Below are positions 1 through 12,614 of a DNA stretch of 64,000 bases, piece after piece. The notes under the pieces are model-generated. The model did no database searches. It saw nothing but the letters and a program-made list of their open reading frames with translations, and had not been told where the DNA came from. The DNA comes from the human T2T-CHM13v2.0 reference genome, Homo sapiens: assembly GCF_009914755.1 (NCBI RefSeq), contig NC_060925.1; one strand, given 5' to 3'. Numbering within the stretch: the first letter of the stretch is position 1; every line of letters begins with the position of its first letter. The position numbers were made by a program, and so were the translations under genes.

Positions 1-207
1 TGCACTGTCTTCTCAGTAGGTAGTTGCCTCTTTATCTCTGCAAGTCCCAGTCTTACCCATCCTGCAAACCTTAGGTCAAATACCTACTCCTCCTTGAAAC
101 TTCTCAGCCCTGATTTCATCAGGGAGATACATCTGTATCATGTGAACTTCAGTGGTACTGTTTTTATTTCCTTCCTTCCCGTCTTCTCTCCTTTTTTCCT
201 TCAGTAA

Positions 208-420
208 TAGTATAATGGTTAAAAGCACTGACTTTGAAGTGATGGGCATAGGCCCCAGTTCTGCCACTTACTTGCTGTGTGCCCTTGGGCAAGATACTTA
301 ATTTCTCTGAGCCTCAGCTTTCTCATCTCTAAAATAAGGATGATGTGAAGTGAAATTAGATGATTCATATATGGTCCTTAGTCCACAGCTTAGCACTTGA
401 TTCGAGCTTTAAAAAAATGT
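208..420 (+). mobile_element. MIR SINE fragment
   Basis: Degenerate MIR core (ctgccacttacttgctgtgtgcccttgggcaagatacttaatttctctgagcctcagctttctcatctctaaaat); boundaries approximate. Confidence 0.65.
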
Positions 421-1431
421 TAATAATGTGCCAGGTGCTGTGTTAGACACTGAGGAGTGGGTACAAAGGTGACTAAGGCACAGTTCCTGCCCCTGTCCCC
501 TGAACTTAACCTTCTGCATTGTATGACAATTTCTGGAGTTCACGGTCTGTTTCAGTACACTGTATCACAAACTGAGTGGTAATCATAATCCTAAATCCTT
601 TTGCTCTTACATTGACCTAGCATCCAGCCCCGGGTAGAGCTGGAACTTGGTAAATTATAGGTTCTCAGAATAGCAGTTTCGGAAGTGAGTGGAGGCTGAA
701 TAGCTCATTGCATAGAGATACTGTAGCTGTAGGTCAGATGGGAGCAGGGCAGGGGGTGGGGGATGGGATGGTGGCGTGAATTAAGATCACATCCTGTCAC
801 TTATACATTCAAAAGACATTTGAGCACCCAGCTTTATGCTGCAGAAGGAGATTACTAATATGACCCAGTCCCTTTCCTCAAGTTGCTTATAAACTACTAA
901 TAGAAACAGACATGTTCTACTAGTAGTTGCAAACCACTATAAGCCAAGCACAAGATTCTGTGACTGCATAAAGGAGAAAGTAGGCAGGAATCAGGAGATT
1001 GCTGAGGAAAAGTGGGTGAGACAGTTCATGGTTACTTGTGTCCCATGAAGACAGAGCTGGTGTTTTATTCAACTCATTCAACAAATACTTATGAAGGATC
1101 TACTGTATATGGCTGCCACTACTCTAGGAGTTTTGGTTACATTGGTAAATTAAAAAAAAAACAAAAAAACAACAAAGACACCAGCTCTCATGGAACTTAT
1201 GTTTTAGGGAAGCAGACAATAAATAATAGACATAAAGAGAATGTCAGAAGGTAAGATGTGCTATGGGGCAGGAGGACTGGGAGTGTGGGAGTGATTTTAA
1301 TTTTTTAAAGGATGGTCAGGAAACAGTGTCTAAGTATCAAGGAATAGTTTCTCATGTTTACTTGCATTTTTGGAAGTAAAGCAAACCAATTATTTTTCAT
1401 ATTCTTATCTAAATTCTTCAAGGAACACTAA

Positions 1432-1640
1432 CAGGGATTGGCAAACCACAGCTCACCTCCTGTTGCTTTAAATAAAGTTTTATTAGAGCACAGCCACACA
1501 TTCCTTTATGTCTTGTCTATGGCTGCTTTCATGATTCATGATACAGTGGCAGAATTGAATAGTTACAGCAGATATCCCATGGCCATAAATATTTACTAAA
1601 TATTATCTGGCCCTTTACAGAAAAAGCTTGTCAACCTCTG
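1432..1640. mobile_element. MER58A-like hAT-Charlie DNA transposon relic
   Basis: Imperfect terminal inverted repeats cagggattggcaaac / gcttgtcaacctctg; internal taaataaagttttattag and tggccctttacagaaaaag motifs typical of MER58. Confidence 0.7.
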
Positions 1641-1772
1641 GTTCTTAAAGAGTTGAGGTTCTGTCTGTATTTCACATTTTAGAAGGTTATATACAGTTTT
1701 ATGCTATTTTTAAGTTAAAAGTTTTTTCTTAATGAGATCATTTAAAAGATCTTTTTCTTGTATTCTTCACAG

Positions 1773-1895
1773 GGCCTGGACGTAGTGTCTTCAACAGTTG
1801 TAACAGCAGCTGCCATTTGCTGAATGACAGCATGTGTCACACACTCTGCTGAGTATTACAGGCATTTTTTTCTAATACAAAGTCTTGTAGTGTGG
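1773..1895 (+). other. ZNF691: Probable 5'UTR exon of ZNF691
   Basis: Pyrimidine tract + acceptor tattcttcacag at 1761-1772; donor tgg|gtaggt at 1896; lies just upstream of the first coding exon. Inferred from splice signals only. Confidence 0.5.
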
Positions 1896-2140
1896 GTAGG
1901 TATCACAATTTTAGTGAAGAGGGAGTTTAGGCTCAGAGTGGTTGAATAATTTGCAGAGAGCGATAAAGATAGTATGTGTCACAGTTGTAATCCAACCCTA
2001 AATGTAGTCAGTACCCCTTTCTTTATTCTGTGTTTCTTTTTTCCAGAAATACTTGCAGACTTGAAGGAATTATCAGTCTTTCATTTTCTATCATCAGTGT
2101 CCTATGATAGTTTGTGCTTCCCTCCCTCATCCCTTTGTTC

Positions 2141-2224
2141 ATGTCACTCTGTTCACCAACCCACTCTGCTGAAATGTCGTTATTTCTTCAAGGCCCGGAG
2201 GAAATGCTACCACTCTCATCAGAG
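2141..2224 (+). CDS. ZNF691: ZNF691 first coding segment, MSLCSPTHSAEMSLFLQGPEEMLPLSSE (exon 2047-2224)
   Basis: Acceptor ttctttttttccag ending 2046; ATG at 2141; phase-0 donor GAG|gtactt at 2225 joins in frame to 3432; peptide matches the ZNF691 N-terminus as I recall it. Confidence 0.85.
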
Positions 2225-2342
2225 GTACTTTTCCCCCCAACTCTTTCCCTGTCCTTGGCTGTAGGAACCCAAAGGAGTCTGTGCAGCTTAGCACACATTA
2301 GTGATGTTTGCACAAATCAGGACCTGTACTGGGCACTCTTAT

Positions 2343-2760
2343 GTGTTTAGTTTTGGGGTGGGGTGTGGGGAGTGTGGTTTGTGTGTCTGTGTCTGTGTTT
2401 ATCTTTGTGTGTACTTGGTATGTGAGTGTGTGTCTGTGTGTGGTGTATGGGTATATGTGTATAGACATGTATGTAGCTATATATGTGTGTGGCTGTGGTA
2501 TGTGGCTATATGTGGTATGAGTGTGTATGTAGTATGTATGTGTGTGGTGTGATAATGTATGGCTGTGTGTGGTGTGTAGGTGTATAGCTGTTGTGTGTGG
2601 TATGAGAATGTGACCGAGTATGTCAGGTATGTGAGTATGACCGTGTTACGTGAGAATATGGCTTTGTGTATGGTGTGACTGTGTCTGTGTGATTCTGCTT
2701 GCTTGTGTGCATGCATGCGTGTGTGGGCGGGGGGTGTGGGTGGGGCTTTGTATGGTGTTT
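2343..2760. repeat. Degenerate (TG)n/(TATG)n low-complexity tract in ZNF691 intron
   Basis: About 400 bp of imperfect gt/tgta repeats seen directly. Confidence 0.9.
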
Positions 2761-3431
2761 GAGAATGTAGTGGAGGGCACTGACTGATCAGAAGAAACAC
2801 AGCCCAGGCCCCACAGTAGGTCCTGGAGGTCCCAGGTATTAACCCAGATGTTTACTTGCTAGATTCTGGTGTGGGCTGGAGAGGGGTAGAGTGGCAGAAA
2901 TCTCAAGAAAAGCCAAAGCTGGGCCTTGTCACCTAGGAAAGCCTCAAGATTTAGAGGTTTTGTTTTGTTCATTTTGAAAGCAGGCATATAGGTAGATACT
3001 TGTAAGGAAGGTTTTTCAAAAAGGATTAAACATAAAAAGAGTTACAGTTAACTTACAGTTAGGCAGAAAAATTGAACTTATCCCAAAATGAAAGCTCTTT
3101 TACTTGCCCATGAATTATAGTCTGGATTGTCATTGCTTAGTGGTTTCAAGAAGAGTGACATTATTCAAATGGCACAAATATCATCTGGTGGTGGTGGACA
3201 AAGCCGGTGCCTTCTTTTTGCTCTGGTGGGTAGCTTTAAATATCTCTGAAAGTTTGTCACTTAAAAGGTAGCAAGTAAAGGTATTCTATCCAAGTATTCC
3301 AGTTGATTGAGGTTATTTCTAATGGATGGTCCCATGGGGAAGGTGTATACCCTTCAAACTGAACAAAAGATTCCCTGTGATCTGGCCCAACCCAAAGAAT
3401 AAAGGTGTTGGCCATTTGTGTTCATTCTCAG

Positions 3432-4295
3432 GGTTCAGAGATGGGCAGTGAGAAGGAGCAGAGTCCAGAACCACACCTGCCTGAGGAAGGGGAAGGGGGT
3501 AAGCCTTGGAGAGTGGATGACTCAGAGGGTTCTTGGATCCCACCTGGGGAGAAGGAGCATGGGCAAGAGAGCCTGTCGGATGAACTGCAAGAAACTCATC
3601 CAAAAAAGCCATGGCAGAAAGTCACTGTCCGGGCTCGAGAGCTAGGGGACCCCATTGCTCATCCAAGGCATGAGGCAGATGAGAAGCCCTTTATATGTGC
3701 CCAGTGTGGCAAAACCTTCAATAATACCTCCAACCTGAGAACACACCAGCGGATCCACACTGGTGAGAAGCCTTACAAGTGTTCTGAATGTGGCAAGAGC
3801 TTCTCGAGAAGCTCCAACCGCATCCGGCACGAGCGGATCCACCTGGAAGAGAAACACTACAAATGCCCCAAGTGCCAGGAGAGCTTTTGGCGGCGCTCAG
3901 ACCTCACCACGCACCAGCAAGATCACCTAGGCAAGCGGCCATACCGCTGTGACATCTGTGGCAAGAGCTTCAGCCAGAGTGCCACGCTAGCTGTGCATCA
4001 CCGGACCCACCTGGAGCCAGCACCCTACATCTGCTGTGAGTGTGGGAAGAGCTTCAGCAACAGCTCCAGCTTTGGCGTGCATCACCGCACCCACACAGGT
4101 GAGAGACCTTATGAGTGCACTGAGTGTGGGCGGACCTTCAGCGATATCTCCAACTTTGGAGCACACCAGCGGACCCACAGAGGGGAGAAGCCCTACCGGT
4201 GCACTGTGTGTGGGAAACACTTCTCCCGGAGCTCGAATCTCATCCGCCACCAGAAAACTCACTTGGGCGAACAGGCTGGGAAAGATTCCAGCTGA
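3432..4295 (+). CDS. ZNF691: ZNF691 terminal coding exon: acidic N-terminal region plus seven C2H2 zinc fingers (315 aa with the upstream exon; 284 aa from ATG 3441)
   Basis: Acceptor ttcattctcag ending 3431; open frame to TGA 4293-4295; seven CxxC-12x-HxxxH fingers with TGEKP-type linkers; no KRAB or SCAN domain visible. Confidence 0.95.
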   Translation, partial: GSEMGSEKEQSPEPHLPEEGEGGKPWRVDDSEGSWIPPGEKEHGQESLSDELQETHPKKPWQKVTVRARELGDPIAHPRHEADEKPFICAQCGKTFNNTSNLRTHQRIHTGEKPYKCSECGKSFSRSSNRIRHERIHLEEKHYKCPKCQESFWRRSDLTTHQQDHLGKRPYRCDICGKSFSQSATLAVHHRTHLEPAPYICCECGKSFSNSSSFGVHHRTHTGERPYECTECGRTFSDISNFGAHQRTHRGEKPYRCTVCGKHFSRSSNLIRHQKTHLGEQAGKDSS

Positions 4296-4470
4296 AGGAG
4301 AGCCCCATTTAGAGTGAGGGAGAGAGAGTGAGAGACCCTAACCTATTGGAGGAAGATCTTCAGCATCTTTTGCTGCTACCTTGACCTCAAGCCCTTCATC
4401 CCACTTTGGAGAATGGTTTTGTATAGCCTCTGAAGTCAGGATCTCAGGAAGTCCTGAGGAGGGACTCTGG

Positions 4471-4476
4471 AATAAA
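4471..4476 (+). terminator. Candidate proximal polyadenylation signal of ZNF691 (variant hexamers AGTAAA 4939 and AATGAA 4952 may mark a distal site)
   Basis: AATAAA 176 nt after the stop codon; use not demonstrable from sequence alone. Confidence 0.5.
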
Positions 4477-5124
4477 AACCCTTGCCTCTTTCCAGGCCAA
4501 TTTCTCGTGTTGGAAAGTCAGAAGACCCAGTCTTGGCTTTACTTTCTTGGGGTGAAAGAGAAATAGGGTAGGCTCAGAACATGCTCATGTTATTAAGGCA
4601 GCAGTCCCCCTGGCCTTTGAGGAAGTACTTATGAGATGGGTGTCACTGTCTGAAGGTTCTCCAAATTGTCTGTGAACTGCTTAGGTAGGAGTGCACTGCA
4701 GTTTCCTGCTAGTTCCCACCTGTTGTGCCCCAACTTTGCTTCTAGATCTCTGGGGTGGGAGGAGTGACCTTCTCAATGGAAGGGGCCTCCTTGGTCTGGA
4801 GAAGAGATCTGAGGTCCCACCTTAGAAATGAAAGGGAAACCCTCAGGGAGCCATGACCCAGGGACCTTCACACTCCCCCATGTTTGTTACTTGTTATCCC
4901 TCCCCCAACCTGCCTCTGTTTTCCCCAGAGTGATTAGCAGTAAAACCCTTCAATGAAAAGGACCCGTGTACTTATTTGGGGAAGTGGGGAGCTGGGGAGA
5001 TTGTCCCACTGAACCCACTCTGGAAGGGATTTGAATTCTAAGAAAGACAGATGGGTAGATGCTCTGAAAAGCAAAGGAAAGCAGACTGAGTTTCTGGGGC
5101 CTTTGAGGAGAAGGGGGAAAGGAA

Positions 5125-5350
5125 AGGAACTAACATTAATTGAGCATCCACTACATGCGATTAATTCTGTCAGTCACATTTACATTCATTATCTCATGTA
5201 GTTCTCACAGCAACTCTCAAAGGAATAAGAAGAGGACATGAAAGTGAGGGAAGATAAAGTCACTTGCTGTGAAGTCATACAGCAAGTATGTTGTGGAGCA
5301 GAGTTCAAACTTGGGCCTCCCTGACTGCCAGCTGTTGCTCTTTTCACTAC
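5125..5350 (-). mobile_element. MIR SINE fragment
   Basis: aacattaattgagcatccactac...ctcacagcaactc...aagtcacttgctg...ttcaaac pattern of an antisense MIR. Confidence 0.55.
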
Positions 5351-5484
5351 ATTTACCTTTTGGCTTCTGAAGGAGGAGCCACTTAGGAGACTTGCCTGGA
5401 GTTAGGAGCCAGTGTGGCCTCTTAATATGGCCTTGGGCCATTTGCTCTATGGCAAGTCAGTGCCAAGCATGAGAACGTTTTCAA

Positions 5485-5677
<193 letters not shown>

Positions 5678-6775
5678 TGATTGAGCACTTACTCTGTGCC
5701 AAGGAAAAACGGCAGTGACGGGGAGTACAGGGTGAAGGGTGGGATAAGGTGAGAGAAATCTTAAAACCCATAATGAGAGTCTTTGCTTTTAGTAGCAATA
5801 GTTTAGTCCTCAAGGCTGGAACAGCTTAGCAGGGATTATGTCTGGTTTCCTGTCCTCCTGGTTTAGGCCTGGCTCCACATGGCAGATTTCAGTGTTTTCT
5901 ACATGGAAGTTTAGTGTTCACCCAGTTTTCCTCTAACAAATACAAAAGAACCCTTCCTCTAACAAATACAAAAGACCCCTATCTACCTCTCTTGTGAATC
6001 TGGGGCCCTACTCTTCCAGAGTGAGGGGCCCTCTTCATTTGTAGCCAGTTGGCAGAGTGTGATTCTGGCACCGGGCTTGGAACTGACATCACCCATAACC
6101 TTACCTAACATGGGGACCCTGCCGTTCACCAGTAAGAGATGTGCCAGGAACTTTACACTCATTATTGAATTCTCACAGCAACTAAGAGTGACTTGCATTT
6201 GCCGTATGTAGAAATAGGCTGATAAAGAAAGGGACTTGCCCAAGGTTACAGAGCAAGTAAATGCGGGGTGTAGGACCTGAACTACTGCCCAAATTCAAGT
6301 CCTGTATTTTGTCCAACTATAAAAGACTTCCCAAATGATTCATTTATATTTATAGGGTACTTTACTGTTTACCAAGCACTTTTATTTCATACACATTTTC
6401 TGATTCCTTGAAAATCTCCACACAATATATTTTAAACATAGTCACCCAAACTTGTGTGTGTGAGTTGGCACACACCCTAATAATAAAAATCACCATCTTT
6501 TAAATACCTACTAAGTGCCAATTATTGTACAACTCTTATCTCTAGTCTTCATACTATCCTGTAAGGTAGTAATGTCCCCATGTTCAAGGCAAGAAAATTC
6601 TGTGAGATTAAATAACCAGACCTATTGGCAGAGTGGAGACTTAATTCAGGTATGTCTGATCCCAAGGTCAAGCTCTTCATTATACCCACTATCAAGCTAG
6701 GTCTACAGATCCCCTCTCAGTCTGGGAAGCTTAGTCTGACTCCTTCCTGACTTGGAGACTTTGTGACAACCACTG

Positions 6776-7505
<730 letters not shown>

Positions 7506-7910
7506 CACTTGCCCTTTTTTGACCCTAACTTATATGCTAACATTTTTTGTTTTAGTCAGTGCTTTTGAGTCCTGACTAGTCCTTTTATTCACTGTCTAAC
7601 TTCCTTTTAAACTTTATTTTATCCTTCATTCCCCTTATTTTTTCCCTTTCTCCCTCATTCCATCTACTCTTTCTTCTCTTCCTCTCCCTCTTTTCCTCCT
7701 TCCCTCTTAGTAACTTGTAATACTGACATTGAAGACAATGTGGCCCCTGATTTCTAGTGTAGGAGATTGCCACACAAATCCAGAGTTGCAATGCAGGATG
7801 GTAGGTATCATTACAGTTGTACCCAGGATGCTGTAGAAGCCGGGGGAGTGCCTTAACCTGGCCTGTACTGGACAGTGGGGCCCAGAAGTGAGTAAGACAT
7901 AGTCCTTCCT

Positions 7911-8211
<301 letters not shown>

Positions 8212-9004
8212 AAGACATAGTCCTTCCTGCAAGGAACGCAGAGGAAGTGAAAGTACTCTGAACAAGGTGCTGGGGGAACACAGGTGGGAATGGTTAACTT
8301 CACAGGAGAGGGGAATCTGAAAGGATGATTGAATTTGGTCTGAATGAATAGGTGTTTATAGCAGAGAAAAGAGAGGAAAGGGAAAGTTTATTTCAGACAG
8401 AAGGGAAGGCTTAGTGTTTTAGGAAATAATGAAATGTTTGATAGTGTGCCCTGTGTGAGGAGGAGAGGAAGCCCTTGTGTTGGATGCCAGGGTAAGAAAT
8501 TTTGGATTGTGGACAATAAGGAATTTTAAAGCTGGGGAATGACATGATAATATTCACTCTTTATTTAGGAAAAGCACTTGGGCTAGTGTGGAGGATGAAC
8601 TAAAGGGGGATGAGTGATTTGGAAACATGCTGTCTGTGTAAACCAGGTGCCAATTAGGACCCTCCTGATCCACAGAGAGTTCTGTATGATTGCCTCAGAG
8701 CATTGCCAATTCCACAAGATGGGAAAGTTCAAACTTTCCACACAATTTCTGCAGATTCCTTGGGTTTATGACCTCATAATCTCTTGCCTGAGATTCCTGT
8801 GATCTGTACAAACCTTTTCTATTTTGTCCCCATTAGTCCTGTCACAGAACTCAGCTCTTTTGATAAGTTTAGAATCCTTCCTAGAGATTGAGAATCTTAG
8901 TGAGGAGTTACATTAAGGCATGTGAGTAGCTTCCAATTCTGTCATCTCTGCTTGCCTCCCCACCCTCTCTCTGGATTGCCACAATAAGACTAGGGTGCAT
9001 CATT

Positions 9005-9199
<195 letters not shown>

Positions 9200-9639
9200 T
9201 GTCAGGCCTCTGAGCCCAGGCTAAGCCATCATAACCCCTGTGACCTGCACGTATACATCCAGATGGCCTGGAGCAACTGAAGAACCACAAAAGAAGTGAA
9301 ACAGCCAGTTCCTGCCTTAACTGATGACATTCCACCATTGTGATTTGTTCCTGCCCCACCCTAACTAATGAATCAACCTTGTGACAGTCCTCCCCTGGAC
9401 AAAGAGTCTCAGGAGCTCCCCACCGAGCACCTTGTGACCCCCACCCCTGCCCGCAAGAGATAACCACCTTTAACTAATTTTCCACTACCTACCCAAATCC
9501 TATAAAACTGCCCCACCCCTATCTCCCTTTGCTGACTCTGTTTTTGGACTCAGCCCACTTGCACCCAAGTGAAAATAAACAGCCTTGTTGCTCACACAAA
9601 GCCTGGTTAGGTGGTCTCTTCACATGGATGTGCGTAACG
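9200..9639 (+). promoter_or_regulatory. 5' LTR7 (B/C-like) with TATA box 9501-9507 and AATAAA; major splice donor cag|gtaagc at 9780 downstream
   Basis: Motifs seen directly; LTR7 subtype from memory of consensus; activity unknown. Confidence 0.7.
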
Positions 9640-9966
9640 TTTGATGCCAAAGAACCCGGGACAGGGGGACTCCTTTGAGAGATTGGCCCCCTGTCCTCAC
9701 CCTCACTTCATGAAGAGATCCACCTATGACCTCGGGTCCTCAGACCAGCCCAAGGAACATCTCACCAATTTCAATTCAGGTAAGCGGTCTCTTTGCTCTC
9801 TTCTCCAGCCTCTCTTGCTACCCTTCAATCTCCCTATCTTTCCAATTTCAGTTCTCTTTCCTTTCTAGTAGAGACAAAGGAACACATTTTATCCGTGAAC
9901 TCAAAAACTCTGACATCGGTCATGGATTTGGGAAGACAGTCTTCCCTTGGTGTCTGATCATAGCAG

Positions 9967-10110
9967 GGACGCCTGCCTTGATCATTCACCCACATTCCAT
10001 TGGTGTCTGATCTCCATGGGGACGCCTGCCTTGATCATTCACCCACATTCCACTGGTGTCTGATCTCCACGGGGATGCCTGCCTTGATCATTCACCCACA
10101 CTCCCTTGGT
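9967..10110 (+). repeat. About 2.7 tandem copies of a ~51-bp unit in the HERV-H leader
   Basis: gggacgcctgccttgatcattcacccacattccattggtgtctgatctcca repeated. Confidence 0.85.
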
Positions 10111-12308
10111 GGCAGGTCAATTGCAGGGATGCCTGCTTTGCCTGTTCACTCACATTACAGCCCAGGACTCAGTCAAGGATGCCTACTGGAAGCCTGGTAG
10201 GTGCCCACCTCCATTTCTCCATGTCTCTACCTTCCTCTTTAAACTTACCTTCTCCATTATGGGCAACTTTCCACCATCCATTCCTCCCTCTTCCCCCTTA
10301 GCCTGTGTTCCTAAAAACCTAAAACCCCTTCAACTAACACCTGATCTAAAACCTAAACATCTTATTTTCTTCTGTAATACTGCTTGACCCCAGTACAAAC
10401 TTGACAATAGTTCCAAGTGGCCAGAGAATGGCACTTTTGATTTGTCTATCCTACAAGACCTAGATAATTTTTGTCAAAAATTGGGCAAATGGTCTGAGGT
10501 GCCTTACGTCCAGGCCTTTTTTACACTTCGCTCTCTCCCTAGTCTCTGCTCCCAATGCAGCTTGTCCCAGATTTTCCTTCTTTCTCTCCCGTTTGCTCCT
10601 TCAGTCTCCATCCCAAGTTCAGAGTCCTCCAAATCCTCCTTTTCCACTGACCCCTCTGACCTCTCTCCTCTTCCCCTGGCTGCTCCTTGCCAGGCTGAAT
10701 TGGGTCCCAATTTTTCCGCAGTCTCTGCTCCCCAACCCTATAACCCTTCTATTACACCCCTCCTCACACCTGGTCTGGCTTACAGTTTCGTTCCGCGACT
10801 AGCTCTCCTCCACCTGCCCAACAATTTCCTCTTAGAGAGGTGGCTGGAGCTGAAGGCATAGTCAGGGTACATGTGCTTTTTTCCCTATTGGACCTCTCCC
10901 AGATCAGTCAGCATTTAGGCTCTTTCTCATCAGACCCCACTAAATATATACAGGAATTCCAATATTTAACTCAGTCCTACAATTTAACCTGGAGTGACTT
11001 AAATGTCATCCTGACTTCTACCCTCTCCCCAGATGAGCGAGAGTTTATACCCTAGCCCAATCTCATGCTGATGACTGCCAGCGTCCTGAGCCAGGCCTCC
11101 AAGAAGACACCAGGGCAGTTCCCCAGGAGGATCCCCAATGGGGATACCAAACAGGCTCCCAAGATACAGCTAGGCAAGATTACATGGTCTCTTGCCTAGT
11201 TGAGGGGCTTAAAAAGGCAGCATACAAAGTTGTTAATTATGACAAACCTAAAGAAGCCACCCAAGGTAAGGACGAAAACCCAGCTCAGTTCATGGCCCGC
11301 TTGGTGGCTACCCTCAGACGCTTTACAGCCCTGGACCCAGAAGGGCCAGAAGGCTGTCTTATTCTTAATATGCATTTTATTATCCAGTCTGCTCCCGACA
11401 TTAGGAAAAAATTCCAAAAACTAGATTCCAGCCCTCAAACCCCACAACAAGACTTAATTAACCTCGCCTTCAAGGTGTTTAACAATAGAGAAGAGACAGC
11501 CAAGTGACAACGTATTTCAGAGCTGCAACTGCTTGCCTTTGCTGTAAGACAAACCCCAGCCATGCCTACAGCACACAAAAACCTCAGAACAACAAAACTG
11601 CAGCCTCCAGGCACTCCTTCAAAACCTCCTTATGGACCTTGCTTCAAACGCCAAAAGCCCGGCCACTGGGCCTCGGAAGGCCTGCAGCCCAGGATTCCTC
11701 CTAAGGCTTGTCCTGTCTGTGCAGGACCCCACTGGAAGTCTGACTGTCCAACTCAGATTAAAGCTGCTCCTAGACCTGCTGGAGCAAAAACCCAGGGCTC
11801 TCTGGCTGACTCCTTCTCAGATCTCCTGGGCTTAACAGCTGAAGACTGACACTGCCTGATCATCTCGGAAGCCCCTTGGACCATCACGGACACCAAGCTT
11901 TGGGTAACTCTTAAACAGTGGAGGAAGACAGGAATGTCAGGCCTCTGAGCCCAAGCTAAGCCATCATAACCCCTGTGACCTGCACGTATACATCCAGATG
12001 GCCTGGAGCAACTGAAAAATCACAAAAGAAGTGAAACAACCAGTTCCTGCCTTAACTGATAACATTCCACTATTGTGATTTGTTCCTGCCCCACCCTAAC
12101 TAATGAATCAACCTTGTGACAGTCCTCCCCTGGACGATGAGTCTCAGGAGCTCCCCACCAAGCACCTTGTGACCCCCGCTCCTGCCTGCAAGAGATAACC
12201 ACCTTTAACTGTAATTTTCCACTACCTACCCAAATCCTATAAAACTGCCCCACCCCATCTCCCTTTGCTGACTCTCTTTTCGGACACAGTCCACTTGCAT
12301 CCAAGTGA

Positions 12309-12587
<279 letters not shown>

Positions 12588-12614
12588 TAAATGAAATATC
12601 ACATAAGAAAGAGA

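Noticed and set aside
2301-2800. Val/Cys-rich and His/Thr-rich ORFs
   Set aside because: Translations of the degenerate TG/CA repeat
3405-3431. N-terminal MLAICVHSQ extension of the 296-aa ORF
   Set aside because: Starts at a non-ATG codon inside the intron's acceptor region; the real frame enters by splicing at 3432
9967-10110. Repeat array superficially like a CRISPR
   Set aside because: Head-to-tail tandem units without unique spacers, inside a HERV-H leader in a mammalian genome; no cas genes
10260-11849. HERV-H gag as a functional CDS
   Set aside because: Split by stops and frameshifts (e.g. TGA near 10385, TAG near 11053, TGA near 11505); first zinc knuckle has lost cysteines
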